A DNA stretch of 63,736 nucleotides, the filler included, from Phoronis australis (taxonomy: Eukaryota; Animalia; Phoronida): the NCBI GenBank assembly GCA_002633005.1. It is 10 parts of 10 records of this genome, joined end to end, with 100 filler letters (N's around TTAATTAATTAA, not from the genome) between each part and the next. Parts side by side here need not be neighbours in the genome. Positions count along the whole stretch, not along the records: positions 34,041 to 37,268 come from NMRA01003136.1; positions 37,369 to 40,611 come from NMRA01003126.1; positions 40,712 to 44,145 come from NMRA01000026.1; positions 44,246 to 54,770 come from NMRA01000505.1; 6 more parts are not named here. One strand, given 5' to 3'. The position numbers and the translations under genes are program-made. Below, one piece after another: positions 33,941 to 47,505 of the stretch. How positions within the stretch are numbered: position 1 is the first letter of the stretch; the number at the start of each line of letters is the position of its first letter. The notes under the pieces were generated by a model. It had not been told where the DNA came from and made no database searches. It was given only the letters and a program-made list of their open reading frames with translations.

Positions 33941-36809
33941 NNNNNNNNNNNNNNNNNNNNNNNNNNNNNNNNNNNNNNNNNNNNTTAATTAATTAANNNN
34001 NNNNNNNNNNNNNNNNNNNNNNNNNNNNNNNNNNNNNNNNTACAAAATGCAGCTTGATATGTAATGAATATAATGAACGCAAAATTACCGAAGTACCAAT
34101 TTTCAGAATCAAGAAATTCAATATTTTTACTTGAATGTCAGTGTGCGAAATTTTAGAGATTGGCCCAAATTGGATAATCTGCACCCTAATTGGAGCAGAA
34201 AGGGTTCCGTTTCTGGCCGCAGCATCAGGACAGCTTTAGTTTCCAGCTCATACACCAGCGATATCAAACAGGAAATTCAAATTCCAAGCAAGTTAAAAAA
34301 TACGATAGCTCGCTTTAAGCCAATGCCCAGACTGTTGAGAATTAGTGATAACGAAATTTGTGACTATGAATCCAAACACTGAAAGCAGATCTAGCCTTGT
34401 GCCAAGAAAACAGGACATTTGATTTAGGCCAGGTGCGGCAATAAAGCTGTTCTCAGCTTAATCCTAACCAAGATTAGAGTTGATCAGAGGACTTGGAAAA
34501 ACTGATATAGTTATTAATCAGGCACAGGCGTAGGTATAGTGACTACTTGCACAAGCCAACATGAGGAGACTCAAACAAAATGTAGAACACCCAGAATGTA
34601 CTTCTTATCTTTATGAGACCAGTTTGATGCACGAATAACTTCAACATAAGACGTAAAAATTGAGTGAAGTCACATTTATGGGAGCATGAACTGGAGCCAA
34701 GCATCAGTTATTGTCTTCAAATAGTCTACAAAAGAAAACCGAAAAATCTCTTCAATTTAGAGAAAAAGATAATTGCAACAATTGCTATTCTTTATAATTT
34801 TTTTCAAAGTTAAACTACGATCATTAAATCAATAGTTTTGAAGGACTGTAAAAATATTTGCAGGCAGCCAGACGTGTGCAGGCTGTTCAGGTGAGCCCAT
34901 TGCACTGATCACCTGGAACCATTTTATGCTTCATAACCGAGCTGAGAAGCTCGAGACCTGACTTAAGGGTCAAGCAATGTGCCCCACTGTAACTAGAACC
35001 CCCAACCTAGAGTAAGAGAAGTGGAGTCATCCAACTAGGCCACACTGTCCCCTCTTGTTCAGTGATAACTTCCATGGAAATTATTTTTGTCAAATGAACT
35101 CGACAAAATAAAATTTCACTTATCCCAAGCTGCAGAATGTTTGCACATGAGCTAGAGCAGTCCTGCTGTGTTTCGTAGAGGCAACAGTTATGCCAGAACA
35201 CAAGAACACATAAGCTGAACGCCAGTAGCACCACTCATAAAAAGCAATAGACATGATCACACTATCTTCCCTAGAAAGATTCTTGAGTCAACCGAACTTT
35301 ACTTAGGTCACGAACAACAATGATGTTGTCTTTACTCATGTATTAAATTCACACTGCAGCATACAACTCAGGGATTAAAAGAGATTTCAGATATAGGCAT
35401 CTAAAAGGGGTTTCGGATTTCTCAGGGCATCTATGACCAATGATCCATGAGGAGTCAGTGTGGACTAGAAGGATAAGCTTCCTTGATTCAAAGTGGTTGG
35501 TTTGAGTTCCAGCGCACTGCTAGACCCCTGGGTCAGGTCTCCAGCTAATCCAGCTTGGTTTTAACACTAAGAAGGCATAAAAATGGTTCCAGATGATCAT
35601 CCCAATGGGCGCACCTCAACGGCCTGCGCAAGTCTGGTACTATGTGTACAAGACCACCTGCAATTATTTTTTAATACCTTAATGACCCATAACTGCCTTT
35701 TTACGACCTCGTTAAAATTGATGTTATATATTTTAAGTATGTTAGAGCGAAGACAAACTCTGAAGAGGCCAATACACTCCCAGAGGCACCACCCTAATCC
35801 TCAACAGGGTGAGCATGTCTACATCTAATTCAATGAGTACATTTGGATGCCCTGGATATCAGCTATAGATGAAGGCTAATAAACAGTACTAGAGTCTTCA
35901 TTTCACGAAAAGTTATGATTGACAGGCTTAGGTCTAATTTTTACGTTATATGAGCAACAGAAGGTCCCGGGTTCGAGTCCTGGTTGCGGTAGCAATCTTT
36001 TTAGACCAATTTATGTTAATTAGGTCATGTGATGTGGCCACAGGTGGCATTCTGACCAGACTAGAAAATGTTTGTGATAAATTTCCACACATGTTTAGGA
36101 GTTACACGTTCATACAAGGGATTACAAAATTGTCATATTTTGATGTCTAGAGGCTGAAAACCTTGCTATTAATTTAATTTTAAAAATTAGTTCAAGAAAT
36201 TTGTAGAATTCAAACCAAGCAATTCAGGCAAGGATGATAGCCATGCTTTTAATCTTTGTTTTATGTTGAGTAATTTGACAATATAATTCCTGATTCCATC
36301 AATAGACATGTAAAGAACTAACGTGCGTTTCATAGAGGTGCAAACTACATGAAAATGCAAGATCATGCAAGACTGCCTATTTCTGACCATCACGCATTTT
36401 AAGATAAACGCGAGCTTCATTCACGAGATTTTGCATCTACAGAACTCAACCTGTCATATTATAAACTGCAAAATGTAGTTCAAACTGACATTATCAGCGA
36501 AAAAAGGTTTTTCAGCCAAAGCAGAATTATACCCACAACATCAGCAGAGTGCACAGAACACCTTAAACCACTTTTATGCTTCATCGCCCTCGATATAGAG
36601 GCCGAACATCAGTCCCCTTCCCCTCTCAAAAATAACAGTCGAAAATCCCCTTATCAAGTCAGAAATACTCCTCTAAACGATAAAAAATTCTCCTTGTGGA
36701 ATATATATACACCATTATCATAAAAACCATTGCAACAAATAAACCTCACAAAAATTACCCTCTTGGGGAGTAAAAACAGTGTGAAAAGAGGAGCTACAGA
36801 CCCGATTCA

Positions 36810-36897
36810 AAGGTCTAGCAGCGCTGAGACTCGAACGCATGACCTTGAGCACAGGAAGTGTACACTCATCTCACGTAAGGCCACGCTGCTTCTCCAT
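36810..36897 (-). repeat. tRNA-derived SINE-like head
   Basis: Minus strand GCAGCGTGGCC...GTTCGAGTCTCAGCGCTGCTAGACC. A similar tail lies at ~35495-35527 and another B-box at ~35968-35982. Confidence 0.4.
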
Positions 36898-38239
36898 AGA
36901 ACAGGTAAAGCCACCAGCCTCACTTTCAACGAATGACTGGCAGCCAACGGTGAGAAATGGAAATTTGTTATAAAATCACAACAAAACATAATGGGTTTGT
37001 TGTTTTGTAATTATGGCAGAAACGAATATCTTCAAGAATTCCACCCCATCTGACAGTAATCCCAAAAATGCATTTTCTGCTTGACAAGCGAGAGTGTCTT
37101 TTCAGTAGAATTCATCTGGATACTTCCTGCTTGACAAGTTTCTCACCTCCAAAGGGAAACCTTTTTAATTCCGTGGAAAAGTAGTAACAAATTACATCTC
37201 TTGGCATAAATTACAGTAATTTAGGATGATCACCTGCATCTTGTACTAATAGAAAAGAACTTCAGTAANNNNNNNNNNNNNNNNNNNNNNNNNNNNNNNN
37301 NNNNNNNNNNNNTTAATTAATTAANNNNNNNNNNNNNNNNNNNNNNNNNNNNNNNNNNNNNNNNNNNNCCCAGATCTATCCTATTCATAACTGAGGTAAG
37401 TATCAGAAACGTTCGTGACATTTTCTTTGATATGATGTTGAATTCAGCTCACAGACTAATGAGCTGCATTCTTGAGTTGTGCCGTATGGATTCCTCGAAC
37501 ACCGAAGAATACTTCTTTATTAGTATTATTTTTTGTATTTTGTGCCCCCTTCCATAAATTCAAATTGTGAACTGACCTAGACAAACAAAATGAAGCAGTG
37601 TGCTCCAGTGGGTGTTTGGGTTAGTCTAGAAGTTATTCAATACAAGTTGAGGAATTAAGTGGTTGATTTAAATGGCCTCATTAACAGTTTCATCCTGCTG
37701 TATAACTGTCAAATGTTGCTTTTGCGGCCACTAAAAAACTTAGAACATGTTTCTGTGACCACAAAATTTTTACAAATCTTTTGTTAGTATGATAAAATCT
37801 CACTAATTTTGGACGAAAATATTGCCAAAAGTGCCTTTTTCATTTTCAAGAGCTAATGTTGTTGTGCTTGTCCACAGTTTCTAAAAATTTTGTTATCCGT
37901 AGTGGTAGCTGTGGTATAAACCTTGAAATTATTATTTTGATTCTTCCTATCTTATATAAAAATGAGAAAATGTTTCACTTGTCAATCAATTTCGTGTTCT
38001 TAACTGGTGAGGTATTACCACGCTTGAACGTCGTTTTGCACATAACTAGATTCTGTTTTTGTTAATAAATTGTGCACCGATTTTAAACATCATGTTTTAG
38101 ATTCCTCTAGTTTCGCATACATGAAATGAGCTTGTTTTGAAGTGCTACTTTATTTTGCAAATTTGGGAACATCTTGTCATGCGTTGTTTTCACTCACAAA
38201 AAAGTTTGTTTAAACAAACTAAGCTGTGTTGTCTTTCAG

Positions 38240-38357
38240 GTGTAGTTGATGGTACTCAAATGGATTTTCCACGAATACTTCCGGCACCAATTAAGATAAA
38301 CGAAATCTCTCATAGAGTGAGTGGGCAGGCTTCATTTATTTCAAATTTCTCCGAAAG
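38240..38357 (+). CDS. Orphan internal exon A of an unidentified gene
   Basis: tttcag...gtacgt, 118 nt, open, phase 1 to 2; compatible with the next exon. Confidence 0.4.
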
Positions 38358-38685
38358 GTACGTGACCTTGTAGCATTTATTCTGTTAGTCTATGAGTGGA
38401 AAATCATATACCAAAATCTTCACAATCTGATTTTGTCAAAGTGCCATGTGAAAATTAAACTACAGTGAAAACTCAACAATTTCATAAAAAGGTATTTTTT
38501 TCATCTGTTGTGAATGCCCTCAATTTCTTAAACATTACCTGATGGTAACTATGGTATAGAACTTTAGAATAATAAGGCATTTATTTTGTGTTATCTTTTA
38601 CGAAGAAAACATAAAATAAAATTTCCTTTGTCAGTCAAACTGTGATTTTTGTGTAATGGTGTTTCTTATTCCCTTTTGGAATCAG

Positions 38686-38867
38686 GTTCCTAGAAAATGG
38701 CAATGCAGCTGCAGTACCAGTCACAGAGCTGTGTCATTCTGGCATGCGCCGAGGGCGAGGGCGTCCTGTTGACAACTACTGCATGAAAGTGGTGGTCCTT
38801 CAAGCTGGGTATTTGAAGAGGCCCAATTCTTGGAAGGAGCTCCAACAACTGAAAGAGGCAGGCCTGG
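38686..38867 (+). CDS. Orphan internal exon B of an unidentified gene (ends ...LQQLKEAGLG)
   Basis: atcag...gtaaga, 182 nt, open, phase 2 to 1. FLENGN..RRGRGRP..MKVVVL..KELQQLKEAGL-G. Confidence 0.45.
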
Positions 38868-39285
38868 GTAAGAATCACGTCCCAGTCGGATGTAATCAGT
38901 GATCCAAATTTTAAGTTTACTTCAGAGTTCAGGTGCATGTTGTGTATACAATTTTCTTGATTCGCTATTGCAGTGTTTCAAATTGTGTCATGAATAGTCT
39001 TGTGTGTTTTGATGTTGGTGACAGGAAGTCATGTAAATTTATGGCGTTTTATGGTGGTTGTAGCAGTTGTGCAGGGCAACAGTTCATTTAAAACTTACAA
39101 AGGACGGGCAGTGCAATATATTCCTTCATGCCAGTGTTAAAACCTTAACGAGATATTTTTGAAAGCCAGTTTGGGAGCCTCCTGACATGAGCATATACTG
39201 AAAGATTTCATGTGCCAAACAAACAAATACAATATTCATACACTGATGGCATCAATTCCTGACCAATTGCTATTTTCATTATTAA

Positions 39286-40609
39286 AGGAGAAGGCAACCT
39301 TTTCTCATGTCATTTTTAGTAAAAATACGGTTAGTTGATTATCCCAGACATATGTTTCAGTTAATTATGGCTTCCCGTAATTTTATTGATTAGTCGTGCC
39401 CTACTCCGGAAGTGACATTTAGGGGGTTCAGAATTTTCTGCCATTTTGTTTCTGCGTTCCAGTTTACTGTGAGGATCTGTTCCACTGTCGTTTTCGTGCT
39501 GGTTTCCTAAAATTGTCATCACCACTTCCCATCGACCAGTATTTTGAGACAAGCCAGGTTGTTAGAGAACTCAATTACGTTGGATTTAGTTTAGTTTGTA
39601 ACAGCCTGGAAATGACTGGATTCGGCGACCCATATCAGAGACACAGTGATGGAGACGTTGTTCATAGCAGCTGTGATGAGGATTTTTTTTGTGAAAAGTC
39701 AGTAGGTGGATATATGTTTGAGCCCTAGTATAGCGAGGTAGAATATGCACAGACAGCTATGAGAGAGATGAGGCGGAGACTGAAGACAGACATGGTGGGA
39801 CGTCTTGGTGCAAATGCAAGGTGTGCACTATTATGCCAAACTGAATGGAATGCCTTTGCTGTTCCCACTAGATGGAGACCTGAGCATCCAAACCACTTAC
39901 ATCCTGCAGTGTGACTCCCTCGCTTCACACCTAGCACCTTCTAAATACGTCCAATATAAGTCAAGTCCACAATAAACTTATCAAAATTTGGCTCACCGCC
40001 CTGCTCATTGTACAATGAACTATCTTCCTCATTGAGTGTCAAACTGGACCTGTATTCACTCCCACTACTCAACATCCCTGCAGGGCTGCTTTCAGGCTTC
40101 AGGCTGGAGACAACACCAGCACAGGGCGAAGCACCGCTAGTTCACGGAATTGCAGGGGTTTGGGGTACTTTCGGAAGCACAAGTGAGAGTAGATTAAGGG
40201 CCTCGAGTGACTGTAGAGGCCACAACTCCCAAGGCTTCTCACTTTAAACATGCACTCCTCGGGGGTGGCGACGAGCCTCTGCCGGGGATAAAAAAACAGT
40301 ATAGCACCTTTTTCAGGTGTTGTTTTGCAGGAACCATCATCAATTTCGCGTTCATACCTCTTCGACCGCAAAAAAATGTTTGCCAAGCACTTGATAATTC
40401 TCTACTGCTTTGTACATTGCATGGACAGGTAACGCTGCGTTCTTCACATGAACGACCCAAGTACAGCAGAATGTGTCATCTTTCGGAAAGCGATGTAATG
40501 GCATACCCAAAGAGTGCGAGAGGATAACGAGTACACCCCAGTACACAGCAACCATTTAGCATGCTGACTGACTGGTAAACAAACGCAAACGACAACTGAA
40601 CTTATCACA
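39286..40609. mobile_element. Internally deleted Kolobok element: KolX remnant (+) converging on a THAP-transposase N-terminal remnant (-)
   Basis: Left terminus TTAA|AGGAGAAGGCAACC. Plus strand GYMFEP...SWCKCKVCTIMPN*MECLCC (P2X7-C-terminal-like KolX). Minus strand MLNGCCVLGC...LHRFPKD...W (THAP). The right end is lost in a gap. Confidence 0.75.
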
Positions 40610-40710
40610 NCNNNNNNNNNNNNNNNNNNNNNNNNNNNNNNNNNNNNNNNNNNNNTTAATTAATTAANNNNNNNNNNNNNNNNNNNNNNNNNNNNNNNNN
40701 NNNNNNNNNN

Positions 40711-40980
40711 NATGTAAAGAATTCCAGAAACGTTTAGCACAGAAGCAGCTGTAAAACATATGATGGAAAGTCTCGCCACAGTAGGGATATTGATCAGTTT
40801 GTGAAATACCAAATATTTTTAACATCTTGTTTATACAAATTCTTTTGTGGATGAAAAGGTATTTAAACATTGTTAAATGAGGGTTTAAGAGTAGACTGAA
40901 AGGGAGACTATATATTTCTTTAATTTCGTCGTCTGTGTAATAATTGAGTAAAGTCTCATATATTAATCGCAATATTGGTT
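40711..40980 (-). mobile_element. L1/Tx1-type LINE ORF2 C-terminal zinc-finger (zf-RVT) fragment
   Basis: IHKRICINKMLKIFGI...YCGETFHHMFYSC..AKRFWNSL. Confidence 0.6.
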
Positions 40981-41250
40981 TCTAATTGTTTCTGCTTGGT
41001 CTTTCAAAGTCATTGGAAGATCTTTGCTCATAACATTAATTGGAACTTTGGTCTCGCGTAATATGAAACTCAACATTTTCTGCTGAATCGTCCGACGGCC
41101 AGATCACGTGATCAGATGTGGCACCCGGCAGGAGGACAAGTCATGCACAGTGCGATGTCTTACATGAACATGTTCATGTAGATTGAATGAACTGAGCTGG
41201 TATTGAAGCGATGAACCATGGCATTGGTGTCACCTGCTACCGAATATCTG

Positions 41251-41403
41251 CCGCCCGTTCAGTAACGCTAGGACCTCGCTAAAAAGCAAGACTTCGGGAG
41301 ATTACGTGAGATATTGCTGTGCATTTTAAATGAAAGCACGTGACTTTGACTAGGTTTTAGCTAGGTCCTAGCGCAGGTCCTAGCGTCTACTGAACGCACG
41401 CCC
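41251..41403. mobile_element. Small MITE-like inverted-repeat element
   Basis: CGTTCAGTAACGCTAGGACCT versus AGGTCCTAGCGTCTACTGAACG. Confidence 0.5.
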
Positions 41404-44400
41404 GCTATATGGCATCATGCTACGATCTCAGGCGCGAAACCTTTTTACGTGATGACCGTCCAAATATGGCAAGAAGGTTGTTGAGTACGAAAGAAGTCAT
41501 GGTTCATTTTATCGACTACTTTTTGAAGATCGAGCCTGATCATGCCAAGGCAATTACCACGAGAACTTTCGGTAGAGAAATAGCCGCACAGAAGCCCGCA
41601 TCAGTACAATATTTTACCCACTTGATCCACTTGATTTAATTGTGAACTGAAACTGTCCGTGAAGACAACGTCAATACTAAGCCGCTCATCTATAGATTCT
41701 AAAAATGTCCTTACCCTAAAATGACATTATTTCAGCTGGCAGCGAAGAACAATCCGGAATGTTTACATGTCAAAAACTTGATCTGCCGAAAATCAAAGGC
41801 CGGGCTAGCCACACGTCTCCTTCCAAAATGTGACTTGGCAACCTCCCCTCAATGGCTGGCAGCAGTGTTCAAGCTTCAGCAAATAAATGTGCTGGCCAGC
41901 CGGGGCAGTTACTTGAATATGAGACCACGTCCACTTAGGGCCCCCAGTGTATGTGAATGTTTACCGGCCCGGCCGCAGCACTGGCCCCGGGCGAACGCTA
42001 TCTGGTAGTATCTCAATTCTGAACGAACGTCGACACTAATATTAGCATGACAAGGAACGCACGCTCACACTCGAACCTGGATCAAAGCTTCAAGAATTGA
42101 TGTATAGATGGCGCTCTAATCAAATAGTCTCAAATGGCTCGTTGGTCTCAAGTAGGCCGCGCATTGAGACAGCTATTCTAATAACTGACCACAAAATGTT
42201 TATTGCATAATACCTAACAATAAGTTAAAGCTCTTATAAATGACAGTATTAATTTCTTTCATATGTCAGAAGTGTGATTGCTAATACATTGCTAACATTA
42301 ACTACCCAAAACATTTACAACGTCAGTGTCTTTATCTTGATTTTTCCGTTTCAGAGCTGAAGCCTTCACGTTGTGACATGTAACTTACTGAGCCTGGTTT
42401 GGAGCGACAACCGTTCTTTCCGTGATCGGCGATCTTTTTAAACTTAGAAAGCCTGCTCACACCTAGCCAAAAATTGGGAAGGGGGTCGAATCTTGAGAAT
42501 GTGGACATTTTACTAAGATTCACGGGGAGCGTTCAGAGTTATGAATTTTGCATTCGCAGAACTGTGGTAGGTAGTTCCTGCCTTATAAGTGGTCTTTTGT
42601 CTCGTTTTCTTCTTTTTTGGAGTTTCTGTTTAATTTTCTGAGGCGGACCTTTTTATCTACTTTGCCAAATGGGGAGCCCCCATGGAAAAAAGAGAAAGCA
42701 ATTTTCATTACAGTTGATGGCCTAAATCAATGTTGTTTTTGATAGAACGCATTGCTTTAATAAATGCAATTGAACATTTTATAAACATACTTAAAAGTTG
42801 CTCACGATTCTCAGGTGCAATCAGTTTTCTGTAAATAGCAGCGTCAACTGAAAGTTTCTTGATGTAATTTAATCTGTGTGACTGAGTCTGTGATTAAATA
42901 AAGGTTAACTAAGTTTTTACAGAAAACCAAAGAAGGCCAGTAAAATAGCGTTACTAAAATTTCCTGACAATTATTTCGAATGTACGGGAATTTGAAAATA
43001 AACTTGGAAGTAAACTGGGCAAGCCATTACCGACATCACGGTTAAGCTGACGTAGTCTAGTCGTTTTCGACCGCAGGAGCAAGCAAAGGGTTTGTGACTC
43101 GAAATTTAGGTTGGGTGTGCTGAATAACACCAGAGAAAATGACAAGCCTACGATGTATTTCAGACTAGACCCAATTTCACGAACACTGCCGATCACCTCA
43201 AAACAACAATGAACAGAGCAATCTGAAGAAAGGATTACAACTTTGCTAGCTTATACCGTTTCCACGTCATTAGCTCAGATCTACATCAATACAAAAGGCG
43301 TGCTCAATAGGCTTCATAAAAGTTGTCTGGCGCTAAGGGAATCTGAGCGGTGACCAGTGCAAACCAGAAATTTCCCGCGAAAATAACACTCTCCCAAGAC
43401 AAATGTATCGCGTGCAGATAGTGCTATCTCAGTGACAGGACAGAGGTCTGTACGTGCGGTGTTCGCACGCAGGGGAAAATGACTCCTTCCGGCATTCCTA
43501 TGAATTATTTTATCCTAACCCAACGAATGCCGGAACATGGACGGGACCCTGTTCCCTAAATAAGCCTACTTGCAGTTATTAGTCGGTGGGCCAGATTTTG
43601 TAGGGCCTCTAGAAAATGGTTTTTGTGAGTACGTTAGGGGGGTAATTTTATTTTGGTGTTTTTTAATTCATTTATTAGAGTGTTTTCAAAATCTAAAAAG
43701 TTCCCACATATAAAGTTGCACATTTTTGAGAAATTTGAGTTTGAAGTTACCTAATAATCACCAAAGAGCCTAGTAAACTTATATTTGTAAAAACAACAGT
43801 TTTGGTGACTTTTTTGTAAAACAAGTAATATGGTCCCATCAGTGCCATTGTATTGAACAATATTACACTCACATTACATGTTTTACTATGTAAATTGTTA
43901 ATTAACAGTGAAATTTAAAAAATGTAAAGAGACACCTAGTGGCGAAAATGCAAACTAAGTCTGAATGTTACTAGGAAGTTATTCTGGCATTGTCAGGCAA
44001 CAAAAATAACACAAAACACTTGAGACTGGGCAAAATTTGTGCCTCAAGGACTAAAACATTGACTAATGGTGTAAAATTTAGCTTGTTTGCATAATACACC
44101 AGAAATACGTTATAGTACAAAAACAATATAGGTGAATGATCTCTGNNNNNNNNNNNNNNNNNNNNNNNNNNNNNNNNNNNNNNNNNNNNTTAATTAATTA
44201 ANNNNNNNNNNNNNNNNNNNNNNNNNNNNNNNNNNNNNNNNNNNNCCAGATGAACATGAATAAATTTTCTCCTCCTTGTGCTTCAGTTTTGTCAGCGTGT
44301 CGATGCTCCGACAGTAAAAAACATCGGCGCAGTGCGATCCTACCGATTCAGTAGATGTCAGTCGTTACGCGATTCATCTAGATAAGACCTCGAACAGTCA

Positions 44401-44722
44401 AAGGCGGACTGATGCGTCGGCTTTTTGGGAACATTTTTGTGCTTTGACCACGAAGTTTGTTGCGATCTTGCTGGAGCAGGACACTGTGAATGGCATTAAA
44501 TGGTTTGCTGACACCCTGTTTTGTGTAAATTTATTGAGTTTTGTGTTTGATATGGACGGCTGAAGTGAAGCACCCGTGAAATTTCTTGTCCCGAGTGTCA
44601 TACCTTGTAGTATTATATATGTATTGGGGACGATCCGAAGCTGAGGACGCCTATGGTCCCAATATGATCAGGCCTTTCAGAACAGATACAGCGTACTTGT
44701 CAATGGGATTGTATTGTATCTT

Positions 44723-44794
44723 CATGGGCGGCGCAGCGCTGAAAAAAGTGGGAGCTATATCCCCCCACCAGCCCCCTATGGTGCGCCGCCCATG
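44723..44794. mobile_element. 72-bp MITE with 5-bp TSD (hAT5-like)
   Basis: TIR CATGGGCGGCGCA / TGCGCCGCCCATG; TSD ATCTT on both sides. Two tandem relatives lie at 49905-50034. Confidence 0.8.
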
Positions 44795-45121
44795 ATCTTT
44801 CCTGTACTACAGATCTTCTCCCTCAACAGGAATCCAGATTACTTTGTACACGTAAAAACCGCGAATCGAAACTTGACCAGTGTTAATGAGCACCTGGCTA
44901 AGAAGCGCGCGCTAGGGCCTACATATATGTGGGCCTGCTACTCTGGAACTCTGATGACACGCACGCGCTCGCTCACTCGGCACACACGATTTTTATTGAC
45001 ACTGGCAGCAAGTTTGTGGTGACAGACGCAAATGGCTGGGTGACTGAACTTCTGGCTGAGCGAGTACATTTTCTGGCACACTCGGCCAGCTAGCGAGCAG
45101 GGTTTTGAAACCTGGGTATAT

Positions 45122-45336
45122 CAGAGCTGCCACCCCCTTTTGATTGAAATACAGACTCTTTGACACAAAAATACAGATTTTTTTAGCCAAATACAGAACA
45201 TTCCATGCCGATGTAGGGGTGTGATTGTTGCGTACATTTTTAGGGCATGGGCAAGGCAAGTGATCACGTTCGATAGGAAGCATACAATATTATTGTAAAG
45301 TTAAGTATCATCCTGAAAATGAAATACAATACTCAT
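45122..45336 (+). repeat. Dispersed repeat (transposon-end-like), near-identical to 54261-54482
   Basis: Begins CAGAGCTGCCACCCCC and is colinear with 54261-54482. Confidence 0.85.
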
Positions 45337-45819
45337 AACCGAACAAAAATTTCACCTTTTTGCCTTAAAGAATATTCAATTCCAAGTTCACGCAGCACTC
45401 ACTTCCGCTTAATCGTGAGATTAAGCAGGATTCCAAGTTCACGCACAGCACAGCCACATGGCAAGCACTGAAACCTGGGGCTACATCAGTCTTCCTTTTG
45501 TGAATTTAGGTCAGAGGTATATATGTATACAAATGTGTCCCTCTATGATTTTTTGTGTCACTGATTACAAAAGGGAATTTCTGGTTTCCAAGTAGGTTAA
45601 ATACCTTTTTGGTAGCCAAATTCTGACCTCTTGGTGGCACACTTTCACTAGAGTAAAGAACCACCCCTCCCTTCTGATGAAATTAACCCAAACAAAAGGC
45701 GTTTTTTGGAAAAGTTTTGTCAAAAGGTGAGTTTTTCAAGGAGTTTCTTACAGATGGGCCCCTTTGCCGGTACTGCGATATACTAGAATCCACTCTCTAA
45801 ATGGGTGTGCATCATAATT

Positions 45820-46188
45820 TTCCAAATCAGAAGTACCTTCCCGACTTCCCATAGTAGTCTTTAGACTATAGTTAATTGTCAACACCGGGTACAACTCTAT
45901 TCGTTTGCACAACCTACACTGATAGTACACAAATCGAGCACACCCGGCCAACAAAAAGGACAACTTACTTCGCTTTCACTAAAGTGACGGTTTCTTGCAA
46001 CACTTCCAAATCAGAAGTACCTTCCCGACTTCCCGTAGTAGTCTTTAGACTACAGTTAATTGTCAACACCAGGTACGACTCTATTCGTTTGCACAACCTA
46101 CACTGATAGTACACAAATCGAGCACATCCGGCCAACAAAAAGGACAACTTACTTCGCTTTCACTAAAGTGACGGTTTCTTGCAACACT
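45820..46188. repeat. Tandem duplication, 184-bp unit, 2 copies
   Basis: TTCCAAATCAGAAGTACC... at 45820 and 46004. Confidence 0.9.
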
Positions 46189-46781
46189 TGGTCCATTGAA
46201 ATATGTCTACAGCAACACTCCAGGTCACGTTTACAATCGACAACAAATTCAGACATCGTGACATCGATCCCAGTACACAAGCTTGCACCACGAAGTTCCA
46301 TTATAAATGTCGCGCTTCTTCTGACCGCCATGTTGGCTTAACTCTTTTGCACTCGCCGACACGCGCTTACGCTTTGCTGTTGGTCGTACTCATGTTTGGT
46401 GAAAGTTATTCCTGGAATGCACCATCACAAAGTCGTCGCCGTACCCATCATCGTTATTAGTACTTGCTGATCGTACAAATTCCTTGAAGCCATCCAATGC
46501 ACATTTCCGGTACACTTCCGTGTTCAGTAACTCCTGTTTTTGTCTCTTGCAATACTAAGTCGATATATGATTGACAGCCTTTGTTCTTGTCAGTCACCTC
46601 AAAACATGACGATCTCATTGGTTTAGTCAACACACTATAAAACCTTAACACTGATTGGTTCTTTTAAGAACATCCAAACGAGTTCGACAGCATCATTGAC
46701 GCGTCAGCGTGTCAAAAATGACTCGTCACGTGTCAGAAAAGACCCGTCACAAGGTGACGCTAGGGGCGTTCCATAGCGAGA

Positions 46782-47505
46782 TTAGCCTCGCGAGCTGTGG
46801 CCACTATATACAGTGACAGGAGGCACTTCATCTACTGTCATCCGTGCCTCCGAATGTACCCCATTGCGTGCAATTCCGGGAACTAGCAGTGATTCGCCCT
46901 GTGTTGTTGTTGTCTCTAGCCCAAAGCCTGTAAGCAGCCCTGCAGCGATGTTGAGTAGTGGGAGTGAATGCAGGCCCAGTTCAACACCCAGTGAAGAGGA
47001 CAGTTCGTGATCCAATGAACAGATCGGTGAGCTTACGTTTGATAAGTTTATTGTGGACTTGTATTGGAAGCTGCCAGGTGTGTGGCGAGGGAGTCACACG
47101 GCGGGATGTAAGCAGTTTGGGTGCTGAGATCACCCTCCAGTGGGAGTGTGTCGCGGGACCACTCGGGCAAGTGGGACAGTTCTTCCTCTGTAGGTGAGAC
47201 GATAATGAGTACACCCCAGTACGCAGCAACAGCGTGGCATGTTGACTGACTCGCAAGCAAAAGCAAACGGCAACCGAACTAATCACAACCGAGGTAGAAC
47301 AATGACTGACTCGACTGCTCTCACAGTCGGACTATATGAAAAGAAATTGGCGCGAAATTCTTGCCTCTCAAAACGTCACTTCCGGAGTAGACGACGAGTA
47401 ATTAATTAAATTACGAAAAGCAGTAAATAAGTGAAAAATATGTCTGGGATAATCAACGAACCTTATTTTTGTTGAAAATGACATGAAAAAAGGTTGCCTT
47501 CACCT
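46782..47505. mobile_element. Second Kolobok-family copy (right end) with an internal inversion
   Basis: Right terminus GGTTGCCTTCACCT|TTAA is inverted relative to 39286. THAP start MPRCCCVLGC is on the minus strand, while transposase-like KFIVD..CQVCG..QWECVAG reads on the plus strand. Confidence 0.7.
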
